DNA of 64,000 bases, taken from Lingula anatina (lineage: Eukaryota > Animalia > Brachiopoda). Where the stretch lies: contig CM120642.1 in assembly GCA_051362555.1 (NCBI GenBank), forward strand, positions 24,862,001-24,926,000, given 5' to 3'. Every line of letters starts with the position of its first letter. Within the stretch, counting starts at the first letter, position 1. Below are positions 47,024 to 58,541 of this stretch, one piece after another. Below the pieces are notes generated by a model. That model was not told the origin of the DNA. It saw only the letters and a program-made list of their open reading frames with translations, and did not search any database. A program made the translations under genes and the position numbers.

Positions 47024-50000
47024 CATTTTCCTTTCACCACCAATATGTACTTTCTGATACAGCGTAACTCGAAAACCGTATGGAATACAAAAAAACCGAG
47101 ACCAACTCCAGTGTTGGGCTTTACATGCTCTACAAAATGCAAAAAAGAATGGGTCTCTAGCATTAACGGTTCCCGAATTAGAGACAGTTTTCAGTTTCGG
47201 TATCTTATGGCCGCTACTCCTGTGAAAATGCACCGATTGACCCCAAATTCACGGAGATGAAAGATGACCTGAAGGGTAACACTTTCCAATAATATTATTG
47301 GTTAAGTCTGTGTGGCGTCTGAATAACAGGGCAAAAAAATTTTTTTTCGTAAAAAATTTCATTTTTTTGAAAATTTTGACCCATTTGACCTTGAAGTAAA
47401 GGTCAAAGGTCAAATCCGAGGGTATATTTGAAATCTACACATATGACTTTTGGAAAGCCGTCTATAGAAATTTTTCCCGTAACTCCTTCTGTAGGGTAGA
47501 TAATTAGCATTTAATTTTGCCATTTTTAGACAAGGGTGCATTGCAATGAGTGCCACACCCAGACCCCAATACCGACAAAGCCCAAATTTTACGTGGAACG
47601 AGTTGAGATTATAGGTGACCTAAATCCATGAGATGGGTACGGGGGCCCTTACCGTCTAGGAGGAGAAGCGGTAACGGTAACATGGCGGCGGAGCCGGCGG
47701 AACGGACCGGACGGGACCGAAACCATGTGTACCGCCAGCACTAACGCTGGTGGTAAATTTTTTTGTTCAAATTTCAAAATAGTATCTCGAAATTTCGAGA
47801 TAATTTTTTTTCTACATATGGCACCAGTGGGCTTCCGTACATTTTCCTTTCACCACCAATATGTACTTTTTGATACAGCGTAACTCGAAAACCGTATGGA
47901 ATACAAAAAAACCGAGACCACCTCCAGTGTTGGGCTTTACATGCTCTACAAAATGCAAAAAAGAATGGGTCTCTAGCATTAACGGTTCCCGAATTAGAGA
48001 CAGTTTTCAGTTTCGGTATCTTATGGCCGCTACTCCTGTGAAAATGCACCGATTGACCCCAAATTCACGGAGATGAAAGATGACCTGAAGGGTAACACTT
48101 TCCAATAATATTATTGGTTAAGTCTGTGTGGTGTCTGAATAACAGGGCAAAAAATTTTTTTTTCGTAAAAAATTTCATTTTTTTGAAAATTTTGGCCCAT
48201 TTGACCTTGAAGTAAAGGTCAAAGGTCAAATCCGAGGGTATATTTGAAATCTACACATATGACTTTTGGAAAGCCGTCTGTAGAAATTTTTCCCGTAACT
48301 CCTTCCGTAGGGTAGATAATTAGCATTTAATTTTGCCATTTTTGGACAAGGGTGCATTGCAATGAGTGCCACACCCAGACCCCAATACCGACAAAGCCCA
48401 AATTTTACGTGGAACGAGTTGAGATTATAGGTGACCTAAATCCATGAGATGGGTATGGGGGGCCTTACCGTCTAGGAGGAGAAGCGGTAACGGTAGCCGT
48501 CCGGCGGAGCCAACGGAGCCGGCGGAGCCGGCGGAGCCGGCGGAGCCGGCGGAACGATCCGGACGAGACCGAAACCATGTGTACCGCCAGCGCTAACGCT
48601 GGTGGTACAATTATACTACTTGAAACTATATGCTGGCGTTTGGTTGGATTTTGTGGCCAAAAATTCACTTCACATGCATCTCTAACGGGTTACGGGGCTC
48701 GGTATTTTAGGATTTTCCTGTCCGCTTGGATAATGCGAATTCAAATATTGTCATGCTATGAGATTATGCTAAAATATATCAAGGAGAATTTGCTAATTCG
48801 AGCTGGTGACCCAATTGCAGAGTTCTGGGGTGAAAACATTAATATTGCTTTCAAACAGATCTCCCTCCCTTGAACTACTTTTATGAAGGCCTACATTTAG
48901 GAAAGTAACCTTTTTCCTATTTTCTTCTTTTTTATGAAATACCCATCTTGATTTGCAAAAAAAAAAAAAATAATAATAATAATAATAAATAAACACTTTT
49001 AGGGCACAGACTCCCTTTTTGTCGCTTTATTCATCACCCAAGTAGATTAAAGGGATAATAACTCTTCGTATGAGATCTATATTTTATAATCAAAACATCA
49101 TGAACAACTCATAGAATTATAATATATTGCAGTTATAGCTATTATAAACTGCAGTTATAGCTATTATTCTGATATCTGAGCTTGTCTTTAGACCACATGA
49201 CCTGCATTGATGGCTATATTCTGTTATAATCTCTTAAGAGATTATAACAAAAAAAAAACAAACTTTTTAGAAAAAAAACCAGGGACTAACTTTGAATGTA
49301 AAAATGGATTAATTAACCATTGGTAAGTATGGGAAAATTGTTGTTTACTCCAGGAAAATTCATTTTTTGGCCATAACGAAGTTATTATCCCTTTAAATGC
49401 ATAGGTCGCCAGGCGTAAATCGCCAATTTTGCTGTTTTGTAAAACTTGAGATAGCGAACTGTTTCCGACGTAACTTTGTCACTGTAAGTCTGTCTTGTCC
49501 GAGCTCGTCAGAAGCTTACCTTTTCTTTTTTTTAGAGTCTAGACAAATACCGCAGGTGACGAAAAATGTTTATTGTAGCCATTACCACCCACTCACCCAC
49601 GCGCGCACACACACACGCACACACACACACACCACAACCACCTCCACCATTCATTTTTATCAGCTTTCGCCAAATGGGAAGTACATGTAGGTCCTCATCT
49701 GTCACGTCATAGGGGTACTCCGCCTGCATTGCTCCACATGTTTCAGTTCTTTTAATGTGTATTATAAATGGATGTTTGGAGGTGAGCTACACGCATCTAG
49801 CAATTTACGAGAAAATATATAGTGTATATTGTTTAAAGATTTACAACACATGCAAGAGACATGATACACTGCGAGAGATAGGAGCTACTATTATAAAGAG
49901 ACGAGCTTAAAACTGAAGGTAAGATTGCTTGATCTCTCTCTCTGTCTCACTCTCTCTCTCGCTCTCTCTCTGTGGGGCCGTATTCTGCTAGGAGGGGGAG

Positions 50001-50421
50001 GCAGTTGTCTCCTAAAAGGTTTTTGAAAACAAAGGTCTTTATAAAGTGGTATAGTATGTTCCTTTTCCTTAAGTTAGTATCTACCACAGGCAGTATCGAT
50101 AACCTGCTTAGATGGCATGTATTGTAGGCCTTCAAGCAGTGTTAACAGCTGACCACCATAAAATCTGCTCTAACCCCCCCCCCCCCCCCCGCCCCGTACG
50201 AGTTTTATGTTAAGTCGACGTCGTCATAATTAGTGGTTTAACTTGTTCCAAACTACTTAAATTACTTTGTTTCGACTTCTTAACGGTTTTTAAATACTTG
50301 AGCAAGTGATGATTATATCAACTGCTTAAATACCTTAAAGTGTAGTTATGGTTTTAATGTGACCATGAGTGTATCTAATTTTGTTACAGGATCTAATAAA
50401 ACTGACAAACCAACATTAAAG

Positions 50422-52953
50422 ATGGATCTGGCAGATGATATATTTAGTGACGTGTTTCCGGAAATGGAAGTCGATTGCGCGTCCGCTTTTCATCACAAGA
50501 AACGCGATGAAATGTGGTCCGCTTCAAAACTCTTTGAGGAGGCACTCCGATCTGGAATCAAATTGCCTTCAGACGAAGTTGTGATTTTATATGAACTTGC
50601 GACTCTAGACATCTTTTCGGCAGATTTCGAACTCGGTTTGAGCAGGTATGAAGATGCTCTCTTGAAGGCGAGAGAAGTTCAGAATCCCTATCTTGAATGC
50701 GCAGTGTTGTTTGGCTGTGGTCATTGCTACAATAGCCTCAAGCGCCACGCCGACGCGACACGCAGCTTTCAAGCACTTGGCGACATAGCTAATGTCCTTG
50801 GAAACGATTTATTTCAGGTGGTCTCACATTGCTGTTTGGCTAAAAACTATTTCGATGAAAAATTGAACTGGGTAGATAATGCTGCGAAGCAAATAGATTT
50901 TGCAGAAATTATACTAAAAAATACATCTCATGACTCCAAATCACGCCCTATCATGGCGTTATTATGTGCCCGTGGACGGCTGCACTTAGCAAAAGGCAGT
51001 ACCGATCTTGCGCTTCAAGCACAGCATCTGGAAACAGCCAGGAAATATTTAGATTTTGAAACTCATTTATCAACCCACTTGACCAACAATGATCGCGCGA
51101 AGCTATTCAGCTGTCAAGCGGTAATTTATTCTCTAATGTCATCGTATACCACTGCTCTTAAATTTGCGCAACAAGCCCTGGACGTGGCTGAGGGTTATTC
51201 TGCCGTTGGAGAGTCAAACGCCGTCTTAAGTTCTATTCACTTCAAGCTCAACAGCTCAGAAAATGGTTTCAGATGTGGTGATGCGGCTCTGGCTAGTTTC
51301 AGAAGAGCGGATAACAACATGAGAGATTTCGAGGTTAGCTTGCAGATAGTAAACTCCTACTTAAGTTTCAAGGGTTTCGATCCCACACAAATGTTCCAAC
51401 TAACAATGGACGAAGTTTCCAAATTGTCTGCAAGATATGTAATGCCAGCTACGACCTTCATCAAAACGTTGCAAATGAGACTTACAAGCGATGTTCACAA
51501 ACTTGCTTTTGCAGAGCTCAGCAACGAACTGAGTGAGCTCATTCAACTCATGTTCGTAAACATCGATGATCTTAACACCGCCTTGGGTTGTGCTGAGAGT
51601 ACGCGAACAATGTCTTTGATCAGTGGCATGGAGAGAAGGTTTAAGGATACTTCTTCGGATTTTGACATTCTTCAATTATTGGAGTCAAGCATCGCCTCTC
51701 CAGGAATGCTCAAAGTAGTCAGTTCTTGTTCTGACAATGCTGTATTTTTTTCTTTTATGAGAAACCGTTTCTTTGAAGGCTTTGTGGCCTGGATCTTTAA
51801 AGCCAATCAAGCAGTTGACTACCATAACTTTACAAAGTACATCTCGACAAAAGTCATCCCTTGCTCTAACCAAGTTTTGGAAGATACTATAACGATGCTA
51901 CAAAGAAATATTGCCACAATGAGTCGTGAAGCTGGGGTTGCAAGTAGGGATGCACGATTTGATGAGAGAAACGCTTTAAAAGAAGAGGACCTAGAAATTG
52001 GAGAGCGTTACCGAAGGGGTTCTGCAGACATCTTGCAAGAACTGTATAGGATTTTATTCTTACCTATAGAGAATGAATTGCCTGTCTTAAGATCGTATAG
52101 TAGCACCTCTGAAATTATCTATAAAAGACTTTTGATTATACCCAACGCACATCTTCTCCTTCTACCCTTCCCAGCTCTAATGAATGAAAAAGGACACCAT
52201 TTGTGTGACTTCGTAAACGTGACCGTCGCCCCTTCTCTGAAACTCCTTGCCCACTTGAATGACCTTGCCCAGTTGAACAGAGGTCCAAGCAGATTCCTGG
52301 TAATTGGTAACCCCCTAACTCCACCAGGGGCGAGGCTTTGCACGCTCCCTGGGGCCGAGAGGGAGGCGAGGAACGTCGCAGCGCTGTTTCCAGATACTGA
52401 GCTGCTAATTGGGAAGTCGGCGAGAAAGTACTATGTTATGGAAAAAATGGTGTCAGCAGAAGTCATCCATTTTGCATGCCATGGATCATGGTCAGAAAAC
52501 TTTTTGGCTCTCGCTTCAAATAACCCCAGTTATGATTCTCAGAACGTCACTCCAAGAAATGCTGACTACAGATTGACTGCTGACGAAGTTGCCCAATTGC
52601 CCCTCACAGCCAGATTAGTTGTCCTGAGTGCTTGCAATAGCGGTAGAGGAAAGGTAACAGGAGAGGGTATCATAGGCCTAGCGCGGTCATTTATTGCAGC
52701 AGGTGCACGTGCCGTGCTTGTTGCCCTTTGGCAGCTGCCAGACGACGCCACTGAGCTGATAATGACGACATTCTACTCCAAGTTTAAGGCTGGCGAGTCA
52801 GCGTCATCCGCTCTGAGATTGGCCATGGAAGACGGTCGTCAGAGGAAGAGAAATCCATTCTACTGGGCAGCATTTTATCTTATAGGGGTTGATGTGCATT
52901 ACAGTGGGGCAGTTTCAGAGAAAATTCAGATGTACATGTATGAGTCCGATTGA
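50422..52953 (+). CDS. TPR-CHAT (caspase-HetF/separase-clan) cysteine protease 1, TTC28-like architecture, 843 aa, single coding exon
   Basis: N-terminal helical TPR-like repeats; CHAT motifs LLIIP..LLLPFPAL, LVIGNP, LPGAEREA, HFACHG, LVVLSACNSG and WAAFYLIG. Start placed at ATG 50422 (after splice acceptor 50389) because MDLADDIFSDVF aligns with the paralog's MELMEDLLSHVF. Confidence 0.92.
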   Translation: MDLADDIFSDVFPEMEVDCASAFHHKKRDEMWSASKLFEEALRSGIKLPSDEVVILYELATLDIFSADFELGLSRYEDALLKAREVQNPYLECAVLFGCGHCYNSLKRHADATRSFQALGDIANVLGNDLFQVVSHCCLAKNYFDEKLNWVDNAAKQIDFAEIILKNTSHDSKSRPIMALLCARGRLHLAKGSTDLALQAQHLETARKYLDFETHLSTHLTNNDRAKLFSCQAVIYSLMSSYTTALKFAQQALDVAEGYSAVGESNAVLSSIHFKLNSSENGFRCGDAALASFRRADNNMRDFEVSLQIVNSYLSFKGFDPTQMFQLTMDEVSKLSARYVMPATTFIKTLQMRLTSDVHKLAFAELSNELSELIQLMFVNIDDLNTALGCAESTRTMSLISGMERRFKDTSSDFDILQLLESSIASPGMLKVVSSCSDNAVFFSFMRNRFFEGFVAWIFKANQAVDYHNFTKYISTKVIPCSNQVLEDTITMLQRNIATMSREAGVASRDARFDERNALKEEDLEIGERYRRGSADILQELYRILFLPIENELPVLRSYSSTSEIIYKRLLIIPNAHLLLLPFPALMNEKGHHLCDFVNVTVAPSLKLLAHLNDLAQLNRGPSRFLVIGNPLTPPGARLCTLPGAEREARNVAALFPDTELLIGKSARKYYVMEKMVSAEVIHFACHGSWSENFLALASNNPSYDSQNVTPRNADYRLTADEVAQLPLTARLVVLSACNSGRGKVTGEGIIGLARSFIAAGARAVLVALWQLPDDATELIMTTFYSKFKAGESASSALRLAMEDGRQRKRNPFYWAAFYLIGVDVHYSGAVSEKIQMYMYESD

Positions 52954-53195
52954 TACATGTAGTACCAAAATGGACACTGATACATTTCTTTGGGCGTAAA
53001 AAAACTAGACACATGGAATTGGGTTCTTTTAAAGTGAAGGGAATCTTGTGGTTTTCTTGAACTTCAAATGAATAAAATGAATACTGTATATATAAAAATG
53101 CAACTGGTAACTCATGTGCGAAGTCTGTATGCATGAGGTTGAGATCAATCGGTACATTTCGAAAGGTTAGTAGCTGTAAAGTGCCTTATGCAAAA

Positions 53196-53226
<31 letters not shown>

Positions 53227-53479
53227 ATATAGATAAATAAATAAATGAATAAATTTTAAGGAAGGTAATAGTCAAATTATCCTCTGCGGATATTTCAGTA
53301 TTGCGCGAATGATTGTTATCTCAGAATACTACAAGGGCATTTTTAAGTGATTTTTTCCATCTTTCTACTTTATAAATGCATTTACCCAGGAAAGCGGTGT
53401 CGGTCAGTGGTACCCGATTAAAGATGTAATAAATTCTACAAGCAGAGATGATTGTTATCCATGATATACGGTAATGCAA

Positions 53480-54220
53480 AATTGCCATATCAACAGTTCA
53501 TGAGGAGTAATTCCAATTCCAATGAAAAACTCTGCATGTCTTGTCTTGCATACTTCCTGCAATTCCCGTACTTACCGAAAAGCCTCTGCAGAAGGCACCA
53601 GCTATTCTTAATTGCTATATAGGTCTACATGACAGATATTCCAGATATGCAGAGTCACGTTTATATTCCTCTGTGAGGCTTTATTGACGATATATTATTT
53701 ATTTCTTGAAGGAAGAGTACAAGTAGTATCAAGAATAATTTGCACGCTATTTATGATATACAATGGAACGCTAAATGATTATTTAGAAACGTGTCGTACA
53801 AGGTAGTCAGCAAGAGACCTTCTAGGACGTTTCATACTAAAATAAGTTCATTGGCGAGAGGGCTCCTATTGCTTTCAACCATGAAAATAAGAAAATAAGA
53901 GCGCTTTAGGATTCAAACATCGCACCAGCTGGATTGCTCCAACTGTGGGAAGGATTCTTGCTTCAGTGTATTCAGCTTAATAATCTGATACGCCTCCTTG
54001 ATGGCTAGTGGATAATAAACTTTCTTGTGTGACGAAGAGTGACAGATTGCACTGAGGAAGAATCTTCCGCAGAGTTCGATCGATCCAGCTAGTACGATGG
54101 GCTTATCTGAACGTTCCCTAAGATAACGATTTATATTGTAGTCCCACGGCTACACACAGCCTTCGTTATCATATTGATAGAGCTTCTGCGAATTGCTTCT
54201 GCTTCTGCTGTATAATTTAT
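53480..54220 (+). pseudogene. Possible highly decayed reverse-transcriptase (Penelope-like) remnant
   Basis: A stop-riddled frame contains 'GFIDDILFI' (~53678-53704, YxDD-like) and later 'ELLRIASAS'. Weak. Confidence 0.25.
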
Positions 54221-56036
54221 CTGTGACTGAAATACAGACGTATTTCGCTAATCGTTTGTACGGAAATATTGTGCGATTACTTGTTAAGGCACCCTTAGCC
54301 CCTTCCCAGTTGGTGAGTGATACGTACGTATTTGATTTGAAGAAGATGTATTTAATTAGACATAAAGGATGTAAGGTGTCGTCAGACATAAACGCAAGAT
54401 ATTCCATAACAAATAAACGTTAAAAATTAGATTCCCGATAAACAGAGTCCCCTATGCTCTCTTTAGCTATATCTAAAGCTACGTACGCTTTGAAGATGGG
54501 GTTGATATAGAACTTATCACAGCATTTTATTAATTTTTTTATCATTTTTAGGTCACAAGAAATCCGTTTCTTGCTTGCACTTTGAAAAAGCAACAGAAAC
54601 TGGATCACTGAACAAAAGTGTTTGCTTTTACGTCATCAATGTACTCTGCTTCCTTCCTGTATGTCTGCGATTAGCATAATGGGGTCAATGATATTGGATG
54701 TGAGGTTGGCACGCATATACTAGAGTATACTGGTATATAGGCCTATTACCTAGGTAGTATTCATTTGTTAGCTACCGGTACCTTGCGTTAGAACATATAT
54801 GTTTGTTCGGGCACTTAGAAGTGGCCTTAGGTAACTGGCATTGTATATGTAAGTATTAAAAGATGAATTTTTTTTGTTTTCCATCCCAATACCGTACAGA
54901 CTGCTCCGATTCCTTAACATCCGGTTACTAATTTTAACTGCAAGCAGACTCAGAGCACAGTGCTTAGCCTTGCTTTGAGTCGTGCTTACGCCGTTTATCT
55001 GTCGTCACAGGAATGATATTTTGGTTCCTCCAGGAGGCGAGATGGAGTCCGTGCAGTGAAGTACCGTTGCGGTCAAGCTCTCTTGTGGCAGTTTCTATTT
55101 TTGTGTTAAAGATCGCGACCCTAGGTGTGCGGATACTAAGCACTAGGCCTATATTGAAATGGTCTTGTTATGCTATACTGTATATATATGTTTTATTACT
55201 ACAAAATAAAAAAGCTACGCACAGAAACAGCGTGTATATCCGCAGTAGCTATCCATGTTTTGTCTGATTTTATTGTTGATAAATGGTCTCTCATATCCGA
55301 AAGACGCCATAAAACGCCATGTCTGGGGGATTTTTCTGAATTTTTCCACCTCCTGTGTTTGAAGAGTTTCTCGAGCGCGTGAGCCTAGTGAACTTTCGTA
55401 TGTCAACTAAGATTTGGGAACAAGGAAGCTAGAATTTTTGATGCTTTGAAAAACACTCGTAGTCGGCTACAGCGTAATTGGCTTCTGTAGGTCGACTATG
55501 ACTTAGTGTAGTCAACTAAGAATATTACATTCAATGTTGAACAGGGGCTAGTTCCGAGACTGACAGTAGGCTACAAAAATGCGAATGCTTGGCTTAAAAC
55601 ATCCAGTTACATCAACGGTGTTTGTGACAATATTGATAGGTCATTGAATCTGTTTTATGTTTGGGAGCCTGAAATAAAAGTTTTTATAAGTAAGTTTGCA
55701 TTTACACCCTGAATGCCTGTTACATGTTTCAGCAACAGCATTGAAAAGAATTTAACATTCAGAGTTAGAAGTAAAAGCAACACTTTCTAGTATATCACTT
55801 TACTAAAGATGAAGCCAGCTTAGCTTAAATGACACAGTGTTTGCGTTGTCAAAGTGTAATTGTTAAAACTTCAAAATTATTCATTGATTTAACTATTTAA
55901 CCCATTGTCCTAATTTTTTAAAAGCCTCATAAAAAGTCGTGTTTATCGTTATCCACATTTTGCAACTAATTATAATTAATTTTTTAGGTGGAAACACTGC
56001 ACAAGGGATATACTTCCTCAAAACCCATAGATAAAC

Positions 56037-58541
56037 ATGGAACTGATGGAGGACCTGTTAAGCCATGTTTTCCAAGACATCGATGCAAATCATCTACATG
56101 AGCCAACAGTGCAGTTTTATGAGGAAGGATGTACGTCTACGATCTCAAAGAAATATGAGAGGCTTCTTCGTTCTTATTCCAATTCACCTATGTTAGAGAG
56201 TGTGTTGTTATGTAAACTCGCCCGGATTGATTTTATGGCGACGGAATACGAACTTAGCTTAGACAGGTTTGAATCAGCGCTTGACAAGGCAAGAGACCTA
56301 AAACATTCGCAATTGGAATGCTCCATTTTGTACGGTTTTGGCAACTGTTATCTTCAGCTAAAACGCTACAAAGACGCAATACAAAAGTTTCAAATAATGG
56401 GTGAGATAGCAAGTAGAAATGATGACCAGTTTTACCAGGCAGTTTCTCACTGTTCTTTGGCTAAAAGCTACGCGAGTCAAAACGAAACTGAGCTTGAAAA
56501 AGCTTCACACCAAATTGAACATTGCGTCAAAATACTCAAAGGTACCCCAAAGAACTCGGAACATTTTTCAACTATTTCTCTTCTTTGTGCACAAGTACGA
56601 CTCCACGTTGCCAAATCTGCCATAAATCGCACCGCAGCTGAACGCCAACTTCATCTTGCAAAACAGGATTTGCTTCAATCGCAGATGGACAGTATCACTG
56701 TAGAAAAGCAGGCTGCTATATGGCTGTGTCTTGCACAGATTCATTTAGCCCTGTGTGACCATGTGACCGCTCTACAAAATGGCATCCAAGCGGCGGACAA
56801 TGCGGTTTCAAACACAATGAAGGGAGACTGTTTTGCATTGTTGAGTATCATTTACTTCAGATTAGGATGTCGGGATTTGGGGTTTCGTTGTGCCGACCTG
56901 GCAGTGGAGATCTTCAAAATGCTTAACTATCAAATGAAAGTGTTTGACATCAATCTTAATATCTCCTACGCGTTTTTGGAATTCAAAGAATTTGACGTAA
57001 CACATCGATACCAACTAGAAGCAGAAGATGTGTCGAAAATTACTGGATACTTGCAAGGCGCCACTGTTTTTACAAAGTCTCTCCAGATTAGACTTTCCAG
57101 TGATAAACACAAGCTTGCCTTCTCTGAACAGAGCAGAGAGGCCAGTGAGATTCTTCAGATGATTCACATCAACAGGGATGAAGCCGACGAAGCCCTTTTT
57201 TGCGCTGAGAGCACCAGATCGAACTCCTTGATAAGTTGGATTGAAACCAGGTTTGAAGACGACCCTGATAAGCGGCAAATTTTGAAGTTCTTTGCAGTAA
57301 GCGTTTCGACGCTTGGCATGATGAAAGTGATTGAAGAGGTCTGCGACACAGGGATTATGTATTCCTATATCTCCAACAGGCTTTTTAATGGATTTATTGT
57401 ATGGATCTTTCATACTGGAGATAATGAAAAAAGGAACAACATACTAACCAAAGTCATCCCTTGCTCTTACCACAAACTTCAATCTACTATCAAGATGCTG
57501 CAAATGACCATTGCATCCAAGAGTCGTGAAATTGGAATTGTGGGCCGGGACGCATTCGTAAGAGATCGAAACGCCTTAAAAGAAGATGACATTGAGGGAG
57601 GAAGTGAACACAGTTTGCAAGGGTCGTGCGCCATTTTGCGAGAACTCTACACAATATTATTAGAACCCATTGAAAAGGAAGCTCGTATTATTCGAGAGGA
57701 ACACAAGAGCAACGGAGCTATGTGGCGCCTTTTGATTATCCCGAACTCGGAATTATTTCTTGTCCCTTTCCCTGCTCTTGTGAACTCTTGGGGTCAATAT
57801 CTATGCAGAATTTGGAAAGTTTCTGTTGTCTCTTCTCTTAAACTTCTGTCGCATCTTCGCGGTCTAGCATTAAAGGAGGACAGTCAGAAAACCTTTCTAG
57901 TGATAGGTAATCCTCTTACCCCTACAGGAGCAGGTCTTTGTTTCCTCCCTGGAGCAGAGAGGGAGGCGAAAAATGTCGCAGCGTTGTTTCCACACGCCAA
58001 ATTGCTTGTTGGAAAGATGGCAAGAAAGAACATTGTCATGGAACAGATGAAAGATGCGCAAGCCATACACTTTGCGTGTCATGGATGTTGGACAGAAAGT
58101 TATTTGGCGTTGGCATCGAATTCAGACGATCTTGAAGAATGTGCGCAACCCAAACACTACAGACTGACCGCCGATGAAATAGCACATCTTACGCTAAAAG
58201 CCGGGCTAGTTGTACTGAGTGCATGCAATAGTGGCAGAGGAAGGGTAACGGGGGAAGGCATCGACGGTCTTGCGCGTGCGTTCTTCCTTGCTGGCGCACG
58301 CGCAGTACTTGTAGCTCTATGGCAGCTACCAGATGCCGCCACTGTGTCAATAATGACATCATTTTACTCTAACTTTAAATCAGGACAATCTGCGTCATCG
58401 GCGCTTCGCCAGGCCATGGAAGACTGCCAACAAGATTTCAAAGACCCATTTTACTGGGCAGCTTTTTACCTTATGGGTGACGACGTGTACTATAGTAATG
58501 CAGTCCCCGAATGGCTTTTATTAGGCCACTTCCCGTATTGA
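56037..58541 (+). CDS. TPR-CHAT cysteine protease 2, 834 aa, single coding exon; tandem paralog
   Basis: Same motif series (HFACHG, LVVLSACNSGRG, WAAFYLMG). Splice acceptor at 55987 and an in-frame TAG just before the ATG fix the start. Confidence 0.93.
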   Translation: MELMEDLLSHVFQDIDANHLHEPTVQFYEEGCTSTISKKYERLLRSYSNSPMLESVLLCKLARIDFMATEYELSLDRFESALDKARDLKHSQLECSILYGFGNCYLQLKRYKDAIQKFQIMGEIASRNDDQFYQAVSHCSLAKSYASQNETELEKASHQIEHCVKILKGTPKNSEHFSTISLLCAQVRLHVAKSAINRTAAERQLHLAKQDLLQSQMDSITVEKQAAIWLCLAQIHLALCDHVTALQNGIQAADNAVSNTMKGDCFALLSIIYFRLGCRDLGFRCADLAVEIFKMLNYQMKVFDINLNISYAFLEFKEFDVTHRYQLEAEDVSKITGYLQGATVFTKSLQIRLSSDKHKLAFSEQSREASEILQMIHINRDEADEALFCAESTRSNSLISWIETRFEDDPDKRQILKFFAVSVSTLGMMKVIEEVCDTGIMYSYISNRLFNGFIVWIFHTGDNEKRNNILTKVIPCSYHKLQSTIKMLQMTIASKSREIGIVGRDAFVRDRNALKEDDIEGGSEHSLQGSCAILRELYTILLEPIEKEARIIREEHKSNGAMWRLLIIPNSELFLVPFPALVNSWGQYLCRIWKVSVVSSLKLLSHLRGLALKEDSQKTFLVIGNPLTPTGAGLCFLPGAEREAKNVAALFPHAKLLVGKMARKNIVMEQMKDAQAIHFACHGCWTESYLALASNSDDLEECAQPKHYRLTADEIAHLTLKAGLVVLSACNSGRGRVTGEGIDGLARAFFLAGARAVLVALWQLPDAATVSIMTSFYSNFKSGQSASSALRQAMEDCQQDFKDPFYWAAFYLMGDDVYYSNAVPEWLLLGHFPY

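Larger units (their letters stand above)
44850..48611 (-). mobile_element. Helentron-associated non-autonomous element (HINE/DINE-1/pearl-like), with internal array and a duplicated 5' segment
   Basis: At 48611: subTIR ATTGTACCACCAGC plus adjacent inverted copy, then a (CCGGCTCCG)n microsatellite. At the other end: matching subTIR at 44884-44897, a GAGGCG-ATAC-CGCCTC hairpin, and a CTAG|TT terminus at 44850. Segment ~46945-47755 is duplicated at ~47757-48611. Confidence 0.75.

Noticed and set aside
48613-50350. Possible small substrate or gasdermin-like gene beside the proteases (also 53000-56000 and 58600-61100)
   Set aside because: Only short ORFs without recognisable motifs were found, and I could not build a consistent exon chain.
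50359-50421. ORF-track start of TPR-CHAT 1 (also the starts at 1588, 3248 and 61119)
   Set aside because: These starts are intronic or lie inside an internal exon; splice acceptors and paralog alignment give other boundaries.
55325-55347. kappaB-like motifs upstream of TPR-CHAT 2
   Set aside because: Imperfect matches of a kind expected by chance.
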